A DNA stretch of 64,000 nt from Takakia lepidozioides (lineage: Eukaryota > Plantae > Bryophyta), in contig CM060732.1 in the NCBI GenBank assembly GCA_030704615.1, positions 48,794,001 to 48,858,000 of the forward strand, read 5' to 3'. The notes under the pieces were generated by a model. It saw nothing but the letters and a program-made list of their open reading frames with translations, had not been told where the DNA came from and ran no database searches. How positions within the stretch are numbered: the first letter of the stretch is position 1; the number at the start of each line of letters is the position of its first letter. Positions 1-13,847 of this stretch are shown here, in pieces. A program made the translations under genes and the position numbers.

Positions 1-297
1 ACCTGAGGAATGTGTGCCACCGAAGAAGCGCCGGTTTTATGTACGCCCTGCTATCATGGAAGCAGAGGAGGAGGACGAGAGAATCCATGCATCGTTCAAT
101 AGTGTCGGGGCACAATTAGCGTGCTCAGGAGCGCTTCCTGGAAAAGCAGAGTCAAGCAAGGCTTGCAGGAGACTAAACGATGAATTAGTCGCACCCTCTA
201 CTCTTTGTGGATTCAAAATCTACATAAGGAGCCCAGCTATCGTACCTGCACCTTCTGACGATGCCAGCATGTCAACACTTACAACCTCGGTCAGACA

Positions 298-801
298 ATG
301 ACCAAAAAGTTCTTTGTCATGTTAGCGCTACTGATTCCTGGTAAGGAGTCTGTTACCTTGGACAACGTAGATGTTTACCTGATGCCCCTAGTGGAAGAGC
401 TATTGGAACTATGGAGAGGGATTGCAGCTCATGATGTTTCCCGTCCTCGTGGTCAACGCGAATTCACACTGAGGGCAGTGTTGATGTGGTCAATCCATGA
501 CTACCCTGCATATGGCTTGCTCTCAGGTCAAGTGACGAAAGCTTATGCTGGTTGTCCAGCTTGTGGACCCGGGGTGACTTCACAGCAGTTACACACATGT
601 GGAAAAATTGTTTTCCTAGGCCACCGAAGATTTTTGGCCCGCAATCATCCATATAGAAGGTCAAGAATGTTCAATGGCGCTACTGAGCATGGTTTGCCTC
701 CAAAGAAGCGTCCATATTCTCAGTTACTCGCTGCCATGACAGAAGCAGATCAGACGCAAGCACAAGAGCAATCCGTGGCTATGAAGAGACTCAAGTGCTG
801 A
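298..801 (+). pseudogene. CACTA/EnSpm transposase fragment (Tnp2 / Transposase_21-like)
   Basis: ORF reads MLALLIPGK..NVDVYLMPLVEELLELW.G..AHD..FTLRAVLMWSIHDYPAYGLLSG..GCPACG..FLGHRRFL..HPYR, the typical Tnp2 core. It is truncated at 801. Confidence 0.85.
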
Positions 802-3800
802 CGCCAGCGTTGAGACTAGGGATCAGGCTGATCCACTGCGTAATATCCACTCGTTTGCAGAACTAGTGCGTTGTGGCAACAGAGTAGTGCAGGCGTAGTG
901 CATACCATGCAGACAATTGATGCAATCAAACAATCGCCCAAGTATGTGTGTGTGTGTGTGTTGTGAACCCCCCCCCCCGTGCCAAGTGCCAACTCTTTAT
1001 AAGTTTGGATTAAATGTCGAAAGTTTGTAAATGTGAGTAACTTAAATTGTACTATATGAAGAAAAAGTGGACCTAATAAATATGAGCACTGTGCTCGAAA
1101 AATTTGGATATCTTTCACACTGTACCTGATGTTCAGTCCACGAGGGTTTTTCCCTGTGTGAGCGGATTGCTTTCTTTTCTCTTGTAAGTACTGGTGTTAT
1201 TGTTGTCCTCACATTGTCGATGTTGTTGAATGAGAGGGGAATTAGAGTGATCTTGAGTGGGTATGAGCAAAATAAACACAAGTTGGCGGCCCAGTCTAAC
1301 TAAATTGGGGAGGGGAGAAACATGGAAGTACGTTGGAGTAGACTCAGATACACAAAATAATGTGAGGTAGCTTAAAAATGTTCCCATTGTATTAGTTAAT
1401 GAGGTTAGAGGTTAGAGTGGTGACTAGTCGGTGGTAGAGCAGCCTGAGTAAAGACAAGCTACAATTTGTTTTGTTTACTGGCAAACTATCTCCGCTTTGC
1501 ATAATTGTTCAGTTTTGTTGAAATTCTTGGTAGAGACTAGAGACAGTCACATTAAGGATGGCTACAAAGCACCATGTCACTCATCAACACTGAAAACAAT
1601 TGGACATAGACAGTTGATAATAGGTATCTTCATCAGACTGCATTGGAGAGACTGCAAATAATCCACTTGATGTTGGGCAGCATGAATGAAGTTAGTCGCT
1701 GGGGTTAAGATACAGTCAATGAAGTTACCCCAAGTGATGACGTGGTGTGATTGCACACCTCACTGTGCATTCGCCACTCCAGGATGGCACAACCTTGTCG
1801 TCATCCGTTCACGATCAGAATTCATTCATCCGGAAACAGTAAAAAGAAGCGGGAAGCTCGCAGCAGTTGAACATTTTCTTCTTCGCTGTTTCTGACACTG
1901 CGAAGAAGAGAAGCGCAGCTCCGGCTGCCATCCCTCGCGCACTGGACGTTGCGGCAGGCCATGGCGCCGCGAGCGTGAAGCCACTGAGAGATCTGTGCAT
2001 CTGTTGGTCCGTTTCTTTCTACTGCTACATGCTTTGCTAATTAAGCGCTGTAATGCAACAGATCTTCTCATCAAGGATGTGTGGACTGACGGGGGCTAAA
2101 ATTCAGCCAATAAACTGCCTCTCTGTACACATGATGTGCTGCTTGAACGTTGCTGCTTGTTATCATATTTCGACCACCTGTTTGCCTTCTGGACATCGTC
2201 ATGTTCACTTAAGAATGGTTAGACTTCTGGTGTTTAGTGTTAGTGCCTTGTGGTACGGAAGGCGGTGACAATTCTGAGATGTGTGCTCATTGTATGTGTG
2301 TGTGTGTCTGTGTGAGAGATAGACACACAAGCAGACAGAAATGAAATGAATGAAATGGTGCTTTATACACAAGCAGACAGAGAGAAGGAGAGAATAGACC
2401 TCTCGCTTACCATAGATGTAGCAATTTGGAGTGTCGAGGAAGCACAATCTACTGTATTCGTAAACTGTTGTACCCTAAGCGAATATGCATTGGACTGGTT
2501 TTGCGTTGAACAGTATCATGACATACATTGTGGATGCCAACGAGGAGGAGCGTGCTAAGGTAAGGTTCTTTTTGTTGAAATGTCCATTCACCTTAGATCT
2601 TAAAGTCGTTGTGCATAGGGATAATTTAGAGTTCCAGAATTGTTATCACCTAGTGAGCATTCGGATCTGCATAGATCACAGTGCATTAAAATGCAGGCGA
2701 GTTGGCTTCCAATTGCTAGGGCCCCGGTCCCCCCTAAGACTATGATCATGTTGTTGACAGGTTTGAATGATGAGCTGAATGTGGTCTGAGACCTGTGAAT
2801 GTTAATTACGCTCCTTCTTATCTAGAGGTCATTCTTCCGTATGTTTTGTGCTCATGCAGGGCCACGAAATCGACATCTCTAGTATGGTCGGTGGTGCATC
2901 TCAATCTGATATTGGAGTTTTGGTAACTATGCTCTAGAATCTACTGACTTAATTGGCCATTTTGTATATGAGAGAGGGAGAGAGAGATCTATGAGGGGCT
3001 CCCCTCTGTATGTTGTTAAGTCACTTACCTAGCCACGTACGGTTCTCCCTCACATGAAACACAACTTACAATTTGTGACATCTTTATAAGATGATTCGGG
3101 GAAAGAACATTTGTTAATCAGTATTGGTAGCGACTAGCGACTCTGGGGAAAACACCGAATTGAACCCTATTGTGACGAAAAATTATGATGTAGCACCTCC
3201 TTACATGGCTGAGGTACTTAAATATAAATCTTTGCAGGCCCTGACACGCTGCAACTCCGCACTGCGGTTGCTTCTGTCACTTCACTCCCTTCGCTCTGCA
3301 GGTGGGGTAGCTACTCCATCTCTATCGGTGATGTCCTAATAGGAGGTTGCTCTTTCTACACAGAACAATATTGAAGATGTAGTACATGTAGAGGATCGAA
3401 TAGACTTGGGAGAAAAACTAGCCTGGGCTACTTGGAAAACATTACACAAGCGCGAAGCCCTTTTAGGAACTTGACCAGTGGAAACCTCCTCTGTAAGAGA
3501 AAGTGAAGAAAGCTACGAGCCTGTTAGTACGAGATTTTGGTCCGTCTTTTCTTCGAGGAGATTGAACCAAGTGGTTGAATTGTAACTCTGCAGGAAATTC
3601 TAAAACAACAACAGAGTCAACAGTGGGCCATGAGGCAGCCATGGACTTGCCAGAGGTACCTGTAGGGCCTCTTTCGTTCACGACATATGTACCACTAAAG
3701 TAGTACAACTGCTGGCCTGTGGACGTGGTGTATATTCTCATCTTAGGCTCCAGGTGTATACAATTTCAGAATAGGGATCAATGACTACATCGGGGAAAGA

Positions 3801-5392
3801 TCAGGAGCACCGGTATGCTATGGTATGTCCCATAGGCAATACCTTACATGTCGGAGTAAGTGTGCATGTTCACAGAGGTACGAGCGACTGGTAGGAGCCA
3901 TACGAGTACTGGAAGAAGAATTGCAAGCGGAGCGCCAGAAAGCCCAGAGGCAACATGCATGCCAATTCCAGGCCGATATCGCCCGACTGTTTCTTTTCGT
4001 GGGAGGCATTCTTGCTGTCATGGCAGTCTGCTACCATGAATTGCCTCCTCCTTAAGAGGAAAAAATATGTTGAAAGTTCCACGTGCGGGTATATATGTTG
4101 AAATGTTCAGATCTACTGTACATCAACCCGATGATTGAAACGTTTGGCTAGTAAAGGGGTAAAGTCTCTGCCCGAGGGTGAGGGCTCAAAATTTTCTGTT
4201 ATCGACTAGCGGCTACCTAGAGATCAGAAAGTTACTAGTGGCTGGCCTCCCGGAAACTCATCAAGAGCGAGGCTAATTCCAGTTGTGATACGCACAGCAG
4301 CCTTGCGCTGCCAACCACCAAAAGTTGAGACGTGCACACACAAACCAATGGAGAACTAGAGACAGAACATCGATGAACCTCAACATCCAGACAAATTGAG
4401 TACCACAGCGACTAGAAGTGACCGAAGTTTAAGAAAACCTTTTTAACTGTACATCAAAGCTGGCTGCAGGGACTTGAGGATGTTCGATGTCGATCCTTGC
4501 CATTCATATGTATAATGAAAGCTCTGTACAGAGATTCTTAAGATGGAGACGTTCATGTACAGATATGCTGCCATGCATAATTTAAAAGACCTCAGAACTG
4601 GATTGGTTGTTCTGGAATAGACAATAATATGTCCCAGATGATCTGGTAGTAGAGGACAGCCGCAGAAGAAATTTGAAATCAGAAACTAGTACGTAAAGAA
4701 CTAGGGCTGATTTCTCTTTGTAAATTTCTGCGCGTTATCCAGCGTAAGAGCCCGCCACACGATTACCATTGCATTGCTATCTTTACCTCCAAGCATGGCA
4801 AGCTACTAGCGGGGAGAAAGCATAAAGGAAGGATGAAAAGATAAGGAAATCATCCCATTTCTGTAATGCCCTTGTGTGGGGCATTCCAGGATTTTCGATC
4901 CCTTCCCCTGGGGCTACCCCTCGGTGTCAGGCCCTTAAATCCGGGAATGGCCTCCACTCAGGGCATTACCCTATACATATTTGACCCGTGTTGTGCAGGT
5001 CCGGGATTCGACCCCCGTATCCGGGTTACCCATACTCGCATCCGTGGTGTCACCAAAAACCCGGACCTTGACCGGGGTTCATTTCAAAAATAAACCCAAA
5101 ACTGGACCCGTGTGCTCGATCCATATAACATGGTAAACCCAATACCCGCGGGCCAGTGTAGCAGGACGGGGTCTTAATATCAGGTGGGGCATGTGGGGTC
5201 CATGGGTCATTACTGTCCATGCAAACCGGTCCCGTCACATGACATCATCCAAAAATGGGTTTGACCACCGGTCATATCCACTGATGATGGGTCACATCCA
5301 CTCACACCCCTTTCCATGCACCACCATGGAACGGGACCGTCTAGTGGTTTCCATTGGCACTTTTGCACCAAAAAAGAAATGTATTGAGGAAG

Positions 5393-5765
5393 GTGACCTA
5401 CTTAGCAGGTCATGGGAGGAAAAATACTCGCTAGTGTAAGTCAACCATGGAGAACGTTCCTGTGCACCCAAGGCCTTACTTTTGTGACCTACTTAGCAAG
5501 TCATGGGAGGAAAAATACTCGCTAGTGTAAGTCAACCATGGAGAACGTCCGGTGCGCCTAGCACCTCACCAAAAGTGAGGCGCTGGGCGCACAGGATTGG
5601 CCAGGCTTACACGGTCTTGACAATCCATGGAAGTGCATGGAACCGGGTGCATGCATGGACCCATTCTCCCTTCCTGTGATGTCGGACCGGCCAGGCTTGC
5701 ACGGTCTTGACATCCATGGAAGTGCATGGAACCGGGTGCCTGGACCCATTCTCCCTTCCTGTAAC
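5393..5765. repeat. Two adjacent ~90-bp tandem duplications in a probable retroelement/LTR remnant
   Basis: gtgacctacttagc..ccatggagaacg starts at 5393 and 5484 (period 91). ggccaggctt..ccattctcccttcctgt starts at 5599 and 5689 (period 90). Confidence 0.8.
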
Positions 5766-6167
5766 ATCAGGAGAACGGATCACATGGAAAGTAACCCTTA
5801 GAGATGGTAGGTTCTGTAATTCTAGTGACGACCGAAGGTCGAAAGCTAGTTTAGCATAGAGCAGATATAGGGTGTCTTAGTGCCACATCACCGTCGCCAC
5901 GTTTCGTACGTCGTCAATTTTTTTAATCTGCCCGGACTGCCTGAAATGCCCGAAATGCCTGAAAATAACCTTGTCTTGCAGCGCGGGGAACGTACGGTTG
6001 CCCGAGCGTGCTTGAGCGTGGAGGGTGTGTGGAAGGGTTTCACACACCGATCTCAGAGGGAGATCCTACATGCTGCACAAAAATTTTCACAGATAACAGA
6101 GACGAGGAGAAGCTCTGGAATGAATACGTTTAAATTCATCTAAGAGGGCCGGGTTTCAAACTCTAGA

Positions 6168-6376
6168 GGTGTCCATGCTCCCATTGAAAGCTGGAATCGT
6201 GCCAACATCATTCTGGACACTACTGTGGTGGACATATATGCCAAGTGTGGGAGCATAAAGAATGGAAATGCATTGTTCGACAATATGGCTCAGCGAAATT
6301 TAATCTTTTGGAATTATCTGATGATTGCAGGGTTTCCAGCATGGATGTGGGATGGAGGCATTGGAGACTGTACGAT
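6168..6376 (+). pseudogene. Isolated PPR (PLS) fragment, opposite in orientation to the main array
   Basis: Frameshifted translation KAGIV..ILDTTVVDIYAKCGSIKNGNALFDNMAQRN..QHGCGMEALET is homologous to the minus-strand repeats at 8.5-11.7 kb. Confidence 0.75.
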
Positions 6377-6405
6377 GTAAAGAAATTTGTTTATCTTGCA
6401 AATGT

Positions 6406-7200
6406 CACTACAAAGAATCGCCGAAATAACGACTCAAAAAACGACTGGAAATCCAGTCGTTTCAGTCAAAAAACGACCGATCGACTACGAGTCCGAAAAG
6501 ACAAGATCTATCGGACAGCCCAATCGTTCCAGTCATTACGTGGTCGGAGTCATTCCAGTCAGTCGTGACGCCGACTGCAGGGTAATTTTTAAGGTGTGGC
6601 CACGTGGCGTTGACTGAATCTTGGACCTTGACCACAATGGACTTTTGACCGAGGGGTTCCGACTTCCCCACCGTGTGCACGCCAGGAATATAGCCGCGTG
6701 GCTCGGTGTGAAAACTCCACGTGTTTTTTTAGAGGCAGGATACGCGCCGTAGCCGCGTTGCTTCACGCTGCTGAATAGTTACGATTTCGTACTACACGAG
6801 CACTAACCACTAGTTCAAAAATAACTAGCAAGTCGTTTCAACGACTACACGGTCAGATAGTGAAGTTGTGAACTACGTTTCAGAGTGCTAGACTTGTAGT
6901 AGCGACCGGACTAGTGGTTACTTTCAAGGACACACGTGGCGCAGTGAGTTGTCTGCTAGTTGTCTTCACGACTTGCAAGTGGAGTCGACAACTGGAGTGT
7001 TGAAGTGACAAATGCAACTGTAGGTTTGAAATGCACTACCTCACTAGTGACTACATCGACTGTGGGTTGGGAACCAGGCACTCCTGCTGGTTGCATTGAC
7101 TTGGGGGCTGCGACTTGTAGTTCATACATGTGCAATATTGCTTCTACTGTGTCTGAATAGCAACACGGATGCTACGATCGATCTACTACGGCATTGCAAC
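6406..7200 (+). mobile_element. CACTA element terminus with subterminal repeats (truncated)
   Basis: CACTACAAAGAA at 6406 is followed by many (A)CGACT/AGTCG motifs. No matching opposite terminus was seen; the end coordinate is approximate. Confidence 0.65.
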
Positions 7201-7340
7201 CAACACAATCTCTGCACATTGGGGATGATCATGTCATTGCCTATGTGATTCAGACTTCAGACCATACAGACCATGCCATCAATGCACGAAATCAAATGAA
7301 CTGCATGAAGAAGAGCACGTGACAATGTATTAAGATAACT

Positions 7341-8488
7341 AGGGAATTCCAAAAAGGCCTTAATGTGAAATGCATCGAAATTCACTTGATCACCCCCCTA
7401 AAAGTGCGCAATTCAATTGAACTGCTAAAACTAGCTTGCAATTCAATTGAATTGCTCGTTGGCAATTCCTAGCAATTCAACTGAATTGTTGACTACAATT
7501 CAATTGAATTGTAATCTATAATTTTGACCTTATTTTTGTATATATATATTCAAATTATACTTATACACATATAAGAGTATAAGCTAAAAATACATGTTGC
7601 CCGTCTATTCTTGCTGGCCCTCTTTCTTGTGCCCTTGAGGAAATTGTGGAGTTGTGAAGCCACCCTCAGCCTCTGCGAGAAAGGAGAGCCAGAGACGGAG
7701 AGAGATCAGCAACTTCATGTGATTCACTGGCAAAAGAAACATGGCTGGCTCCGAAAGAAACAGACAAAATCAAACATGACAATTGATGAAAGGCTTCCCC
7801 TGCATCATCATGTAATCCCCTAACACTAGTATCTGGCCCAGGACAAAGAAAACAAAAAATATGTTCATCTTGAGAACTATAAAAAATAATATTGTTTCGA
7901 TACCCTTACAAAGGTATCATGTTGAAGTTGGGATATGTGTTCCATATAAAGTTTAATATATCAAACTCTTACACGTTGATACTCTTACATTGGTATCATG
8001 TTTGGTATATGTACATAGCCATATATTGGCACCAACATCTACAAAGAGAGACAATCCCGCTTTTACTCTAAGCACTTCGTGACTTCCTCTCTCTCTCTCT
8101 CCCTCTCTCTCTCTCTCTCCCTTAGGCTTATCTCGGGCTCAAGCCTTACCACGGGCAAAGGATTGACAGATGGACAGCAAGAATAGACGGGCAACATGTA
8201 TTTTTAGCTTATACTTTTGTATGCGTATATGTATAATTTAAATATATACATATATATATAATATATACAGAAATAAGTTAAAAATTAGATATTACAATTC
8301 AATTGAATTGTAGTCAGCAATTCAATTGAATTGCCAATTCGCAATTCAATTGAATCGTGGGTTGTTTTCAAGCTAGTTTTAGCAGTTCAATTGAATTGCC
8401 CTTGCAATTCAATTGAATTGCGCACTTTTAGGGGGGTGATCAAGTGAATTGCTATGCATTTCACATCAAGGCCTTTTTGGAATTCCCT
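7341..8488. mobile_element. Non-autonomous foldback/MITE-like DNA transposon with ~280-320 bp TIRs
   Basis: 7341 agggaattccaaaaaggcctt...cccgtctattcttgctg (~7616) is the reverse complement of ~8176-8488. The TIRs contain repeated CAATTCAATTGAATTG palindromes. Flanks are agataact / agataaca (7 of 8 match). Confidence 0.85.
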
Positions 8489-8504
8489 AGATAACACCTC
8501 AAAA

Positions 8505-11500
8505 CTACCCCATACACCATGAAACCACATTTCGTTCAGCCATTTTGTCAAACACTCCCTTTGCATCCTTGATGCTCCCGCATTTAGCATACATGTCCAT
8601 GAGGGCAGTGTCCAGAATGACACTTGGTACAATTCCAGCTTTCATGATGTCAGCGTGGATTTCTTTACCCTTTTCAAGAGCTGTCAGGCAGGCACAAGCA
8701 TTGCAAGCAAAAATGAACATAACCTGGTCAGGCTTCGCCCCTTCCTGCAGCATTTGTTCATAGGTCCCCAAAGTCTCCATCCAGCACCCATGCTGGGCAT
8801 ATCCTCTGATCATCGCATTCCAGGACACCAAAAAGACTCCCTTTGCATCTTCGATGCTCCCGCAGTTTGCATACATGTCCACAAGGGTACTGTTCATAAT
8901 GGTATCTGGTACAATTCCAGTTCTCAAGATATCAGCATGGACCTCTTTGCCTTTTTCCAGGGCTACCAAGCTTGCACACACATTGCAAACGTAGACAAAC
9001 GTGACCTGGTTGGGCTTCACCCCCTACCACATCATTCGGTCATAGGTCTCCAAAGCCTCCATCCCAAACCCATGTTGGGCGTATCCTGCGATCATCGCAC
9101 TCCATGACACCACATTTCGTTCAGCCATATTGTCGAAGACTCCCTTTGCATCTTTTATGTTCCCGCATTTGGCATACATGTCCACAAGGGCAGTGTCCAG
9201 AATGACATCTGGTACAATTCTAGCGTTCATGATGTCAGCATGGACCTGTTTGCCTTTTTCCAGGCCTGCCAGGTTTGCACATGCATTACAGATGCAACCG
9301 AACGTGACCTGGTCGGGCTTCACCCCTTCCCGCATCATCTGCTCATAGGTCCCCAAAGCCTCCATCCCAAACCCATGCTGGGCATATCCTGTGCTCATCG
9401 CATTCCACGACACCACATCTCGTTCAGCCATGTTGTCAAAGACTCTCTTTGCAACCTTCATGCTCCCGCATTTGGCATACATGTCTACAAACAAATGAGA
9501 ATGCAAACAAATGTGACATGGTCAGGCTTCGCCCCTTCCCGCATCTTTTGCTCATAGGTCCCCAAAGCCTCCATCCCACACCCATGCTGGGCATATCCTG
9601 TGATCATCGCATTCCATGACACCACATCTCATTCAGCCATGTTGTCAAATACTCTCTTTGCAACCTTCATGCTCCCGCATTTCGCATACATGTCAACAAG
9701 GCTATTGTTCAAAATCATATTTGGTACAATGTCAGTTTGGACCCTTTTCCAGGGCTGCCAGTCTCGCACAAGCCTTGCAAATGCAAACAAATGTGACCTG
9801 ATCGGGCATCACCCCTTGCAGTATCATTTGATCATATGTCTCGAAGGCATTCCTACCACAACCATGCTTGGTATATCCTGCCACTATATTGTTGAACACT
9901 AGACAGGCCTCCCTTACACTCCCATATTTGGCATACATGTTAACAAGGGCAGTCTCCCAATTTATATATGATGAAATTCCAGCTTTGATAATGTCATCAT
10001 GGATATCTTGCCCTTCTCCAGGGCCACCATGCTGGCAACAACATTGAGAACACAAATGAATGTGGCTTGCACACGCATTACAAATGCACACAAACGTGAT
10101 GTGGTCGGGCCTCCCCCTTCCCCCATAATGGACCTCTTTGCCCTTTTCCAGGGCTGCCAGGCTTGCACAAGCATTAAAAATGCACACAAACATGATGTGG
10201 TAGCACTTCACCCCTTCCCTCATCATTTGCTCATAGGTTTCCAAGGCCTCCGTCCCGCGCCCCTGCTGTGTAGATCCTGCAAGCATCGCGTTCCACGACA
10301 CCAAATCTCATTCAGCCATATTGTTGAACATTCCCACCGCATCCTCAATGCGCCCACATTTGGCATATATGTCCACGAGGGTATTGTTCATAATCACATC
10401 TGGTACAATTCCAGCTTTGGTGATGCAACCATGCACCTCTTTGCCCTTTTCCAGGATTGCCAAGCTTGCACACGCACTGCAAACGCACACAAATGTGATG
10501 TGGTCAGGCTTCACCCCTTCCACCATCATTTGCTCATAGGTCTCCAAAGCCTCCATCCCGCGTCCCTGATGTGCATACCCTGCAAGTATCGCGTTCCACA
10601 ACACCACATCTCGTTCAGCCATAGTGTTGAACACTCCTTTCGCATCCTCAATGCTCCCACATTTGGCATACATGTCCACCAGAGCAGTGTTCGGTGTTCC
10701 CTGCTCCTTTAGTTCTCGCGCCTTTGTTGTGCATATCCTGCAATCATTGCACTCCATGACACCACATCTCGTTCAGCCATACTGTCGAACACTCCCTTTG
10801 CATCCTCGATGCACCCACATTTGGCATACATATCCACCAGGGCAGTGTTCAGAATGACATCCGGTACAAGTCCAGATTTGACAATGTCACCATGGACCTC
10901 TTTGCACTTTTCCAGGGCTGCCAGGTGTGCACACGCATTGCAAATGCAAACAAACGTTCTGTGGTTGGGCTTCACCCTTTGGCACATCATTTGCTCATAG
11001 GTCTCCAAAGCCTCCATCATGCACCCTTACTATGCATATCCTGCAATCATCGCACTCCACGACACCACATCTCGTTCAGCCATACTGTCGAATACTCCCT
11101 TCATACATGTCCACAAGGGTATTGTTCATAATGACATTTGGTACAATTGCAGCTCTGACAACGTCGCCATGGACCTCTTTGCCCTTTTCCAGAGCTGCCA
11201 GGCTTGCACACGCATTGCAAATGCACACAAATGTGATGTGCTCGGGCTTCACCCCTTCTCCCATCATTTGATCATAGGTCTTCAAAGCCTCCATACCACG
11301 TCCCTGTTGTGCATACCCTGCAAGCATTGCGGTCCATGACATCACATCTCATTCAGCCATAGTGTTGAAAACTCCCTTCGCATTCTTAATGCACCCACAT
11401 TTGGCATACATGTCCACCAGGGTAGTGTTCAGAATGACATCTGGTACAATTCCAGCTTTGACGATGTCACATGGACCTCTTTCCCCTTTTCCAGAGCTCC

Positions 11501-11750
11501 TAGGCTTGCACACGCATTGCATACACAAACAAATGTGATGTAGTTGGGCTTCACCCCTTCGCGCAGCATTTGCTCATAGGTCTCCAAAGCATTCCTACCA
11601 CATCCATGCTTGGTAAATCCTGCCAACATTATATTCCACGTGATCAAAGATCTTTGAGGCATTCTGTTGAACACTTGGTGAGCATCCATGATGCTCCCGT
11701 GCTTAACATACATGTTGACAAGGATATTGAGTAGAAAAACATTTGGCGTG
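8505..11750 (-). pseudogene. PLS-class pentatricopeptide repeat protein pseudogene (about 11 P-L-S triplets)
   Basis: Repeated ~100-aa units VHADI.KAGIVPDVILDTALVDMYAKCGSIEDAKGVFD.MAERDVVSWNAMIAGYAQ.G.GMEALETYEQM..EGVKPD.TFVC.CNACA.L.ALEKGKE, broken by stops, deletions and frameshifts. No E/DYW tail; ends next to the TIR element. Confidence 0.92.
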
Positions 11751-13208
11751 AATCACAATCCAACCCCTTGAGTCCCACAGGCAACTTATATGTACTCAAA
11801 TGTGGGTGCCTCCACTTTAGTTATCTGCACGGCTTTCCGATAGGTCAAAATTCCAGTCACACATCTAGTAATTTACAGTCCACCCAAACTTGTAAGGATC
11901 AGTACTGCAGGAAGGGCTGCAGACTCACAATCCTCCAGATAGTCAAAGATAGAAAGAAGCTTGGTCACCTCAAGCAAGGCATGGGGATCGTTTTAATGTA
12001 GTGGGCCCGCTGCCACGTCCCTGTCGGCCTCATTCCCCCAAAATTCAGAGGCTATTTATATAATATATGACATAGGTACACATTGTTTTATTTCAACTAA
12101 TTAAATAATTGTTATTATTTTTATATTAAGTTATAACTATTTTTAATAATATATGTTTTTATGGTAACGTATGCCTTTGTTTTTTAGTGTGTTAAATCGT
12201 TTATTCATTTATAATCCTATAATACATTTTCTTCAACAGCTTATTTCAAAGTATGCACATTCATAATATATGCCATACTATGACATATTGGGCATTGTGA
12301 TGTTAGGTGTAATGGTACATAGATACATCCACCTTAGGTATGGCATTGTGCATGTATGGGATAAGCACGACTCACATTGTGCATAGTGGCATGCCAGTTA
12401 TGGCACATGGGCACAATGAAGTAACTTAATGAAATAGATGAGGTGCAAATGGGCCACTGGCCTGAGCAAACGTTCCATTTGATGTACATTTCAAAGAATA
12501 TATTTTCATATTCTTGACAGATTGGCTGTTCCTGGCATAGGTGCAAGTGGGGACACTATATTCCGGATTACTATCCTGGAGTGTGGCCCTACCTTTGTCG
12601 ATACTCGGTGTTTTGGGTAAAAAGTCCTGGCCCCCGGATTCCTGTTTCACAAAGCCAAAGTAGCAGGAGGTCTTTGGTGCCGACTGTGAGAGCCTTGTCC
12701 AATCAGCCCGTTCTAGCACGTGTTTGTGATTGACAATTGAGGGCAGCATTGAGAACAGTATGGGTTGATCATTAATACGCACGGATTTCAAGCTATCGTT
12801 GGTCCTACTGTACCTGTTCATTTAAAGCACAATGACCAAGGCAGCGGCCCATGGAATAAATGCTAACCTTGGCTATAGTAACTAGTTACAAAATTGAGAT
12901 CCAAAAATGAAGGCTTCAAGCCTAGATGATAATTGACTCCATCTCCGTATGTACAGAGAGTTGTAGCTCGCTCCAACAAAGTATTTTCATCCCATATTTT
13001 TATATAACTATGTCAACTCCATACTTTAATAGTAGCTTTTTGGCTATTTTTCGCCTAAAGACAAGGGCAATTAATCAGGGTTACAATGTTACAATCCCTG
13101 TTCCTCTTTAAAAAAAAGAAAAAAAAAAGGGGGGGCTTAACTCCGCCACACTCTGCTGGGAACACTGATGGAACTTTTTGCATGCGATCAGGAGGCTGCT
13201 GTCCTGAC

Positions 13209-13847
13209 CAGTGTTGCACCGATATTTGACTCAGCCCTCAAACCCCCCTCCCCTTCCCAACGTCCCAAGCGGGATATATATATGTGGATCTGCCAGAGGT
13301 TAAAAAAACAAATATCCGCCTCCTATAAGAACTGCCGTTGAGAACCGGTGGTTTTGTCTTTTTTTTAAATTTGATTTGAACAGGAACTAGTGGCCAAAAG
13401 AAGCAGGTTATGAACCAATATATCCGGCATTGAAATCCGGAGGTTAAAATCAGGATAAGAGCAGGTTTATTAGTTCACTTGACATAAAGGAGGTGGGCCA
13501 GAGTCATGAGTCTTCATTTCATTTCTACTCATCACGTTCAATGGGGCACGTTTCGGAGGTGCACGCATTTTTCATTAGTATTTTTTAATACATTAGATTT
13601 ATAGTTGGGGTAACTTTATGTTATTAAAATAAAATAAAATTTGTTTGATGACTGCCGGAGGCCATCCTCATAAGCTCCATTTGTCCATAACCGCATAGGG
13701 TTAAATTTTGTATTTGTTGCCAACCGGCAGGATATTAGCAACGAAAAAGCTCCAAAACCCCGGAACCCAAGGATGTGAACACAAAGTTAAAGCTAAACTT
13801 CCGTAACCGGCAGATATTAAAAAAAATCAAATAACCGCACAACACTG
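13209..13847. mobile_element. Non-autonomous hAT element
   Basis: TIRs CAGTGTTGcaccgaTATTTGA / reverse complement CAGTGTTGtgcggtTATTTGA. Perfect 8-bp TSD GTCCTGAC at 13201-13208 and 13848-13855. Confidence 0.9.

Noticed and set aside
8140-8180. Resemblance to 18S rRNA (AAGGATTGACAGA)
   Set aside because: Only about 13 nt match, with no extended rRNA similarity.
8545-11339. Plus-strand ORFs over the PPR array, and similar antisense ORFs over the LOX and transposase genes (e.g. 31672-32460)
   Set aside because: Antisense shadows of real coding sequence with no independent motifs.
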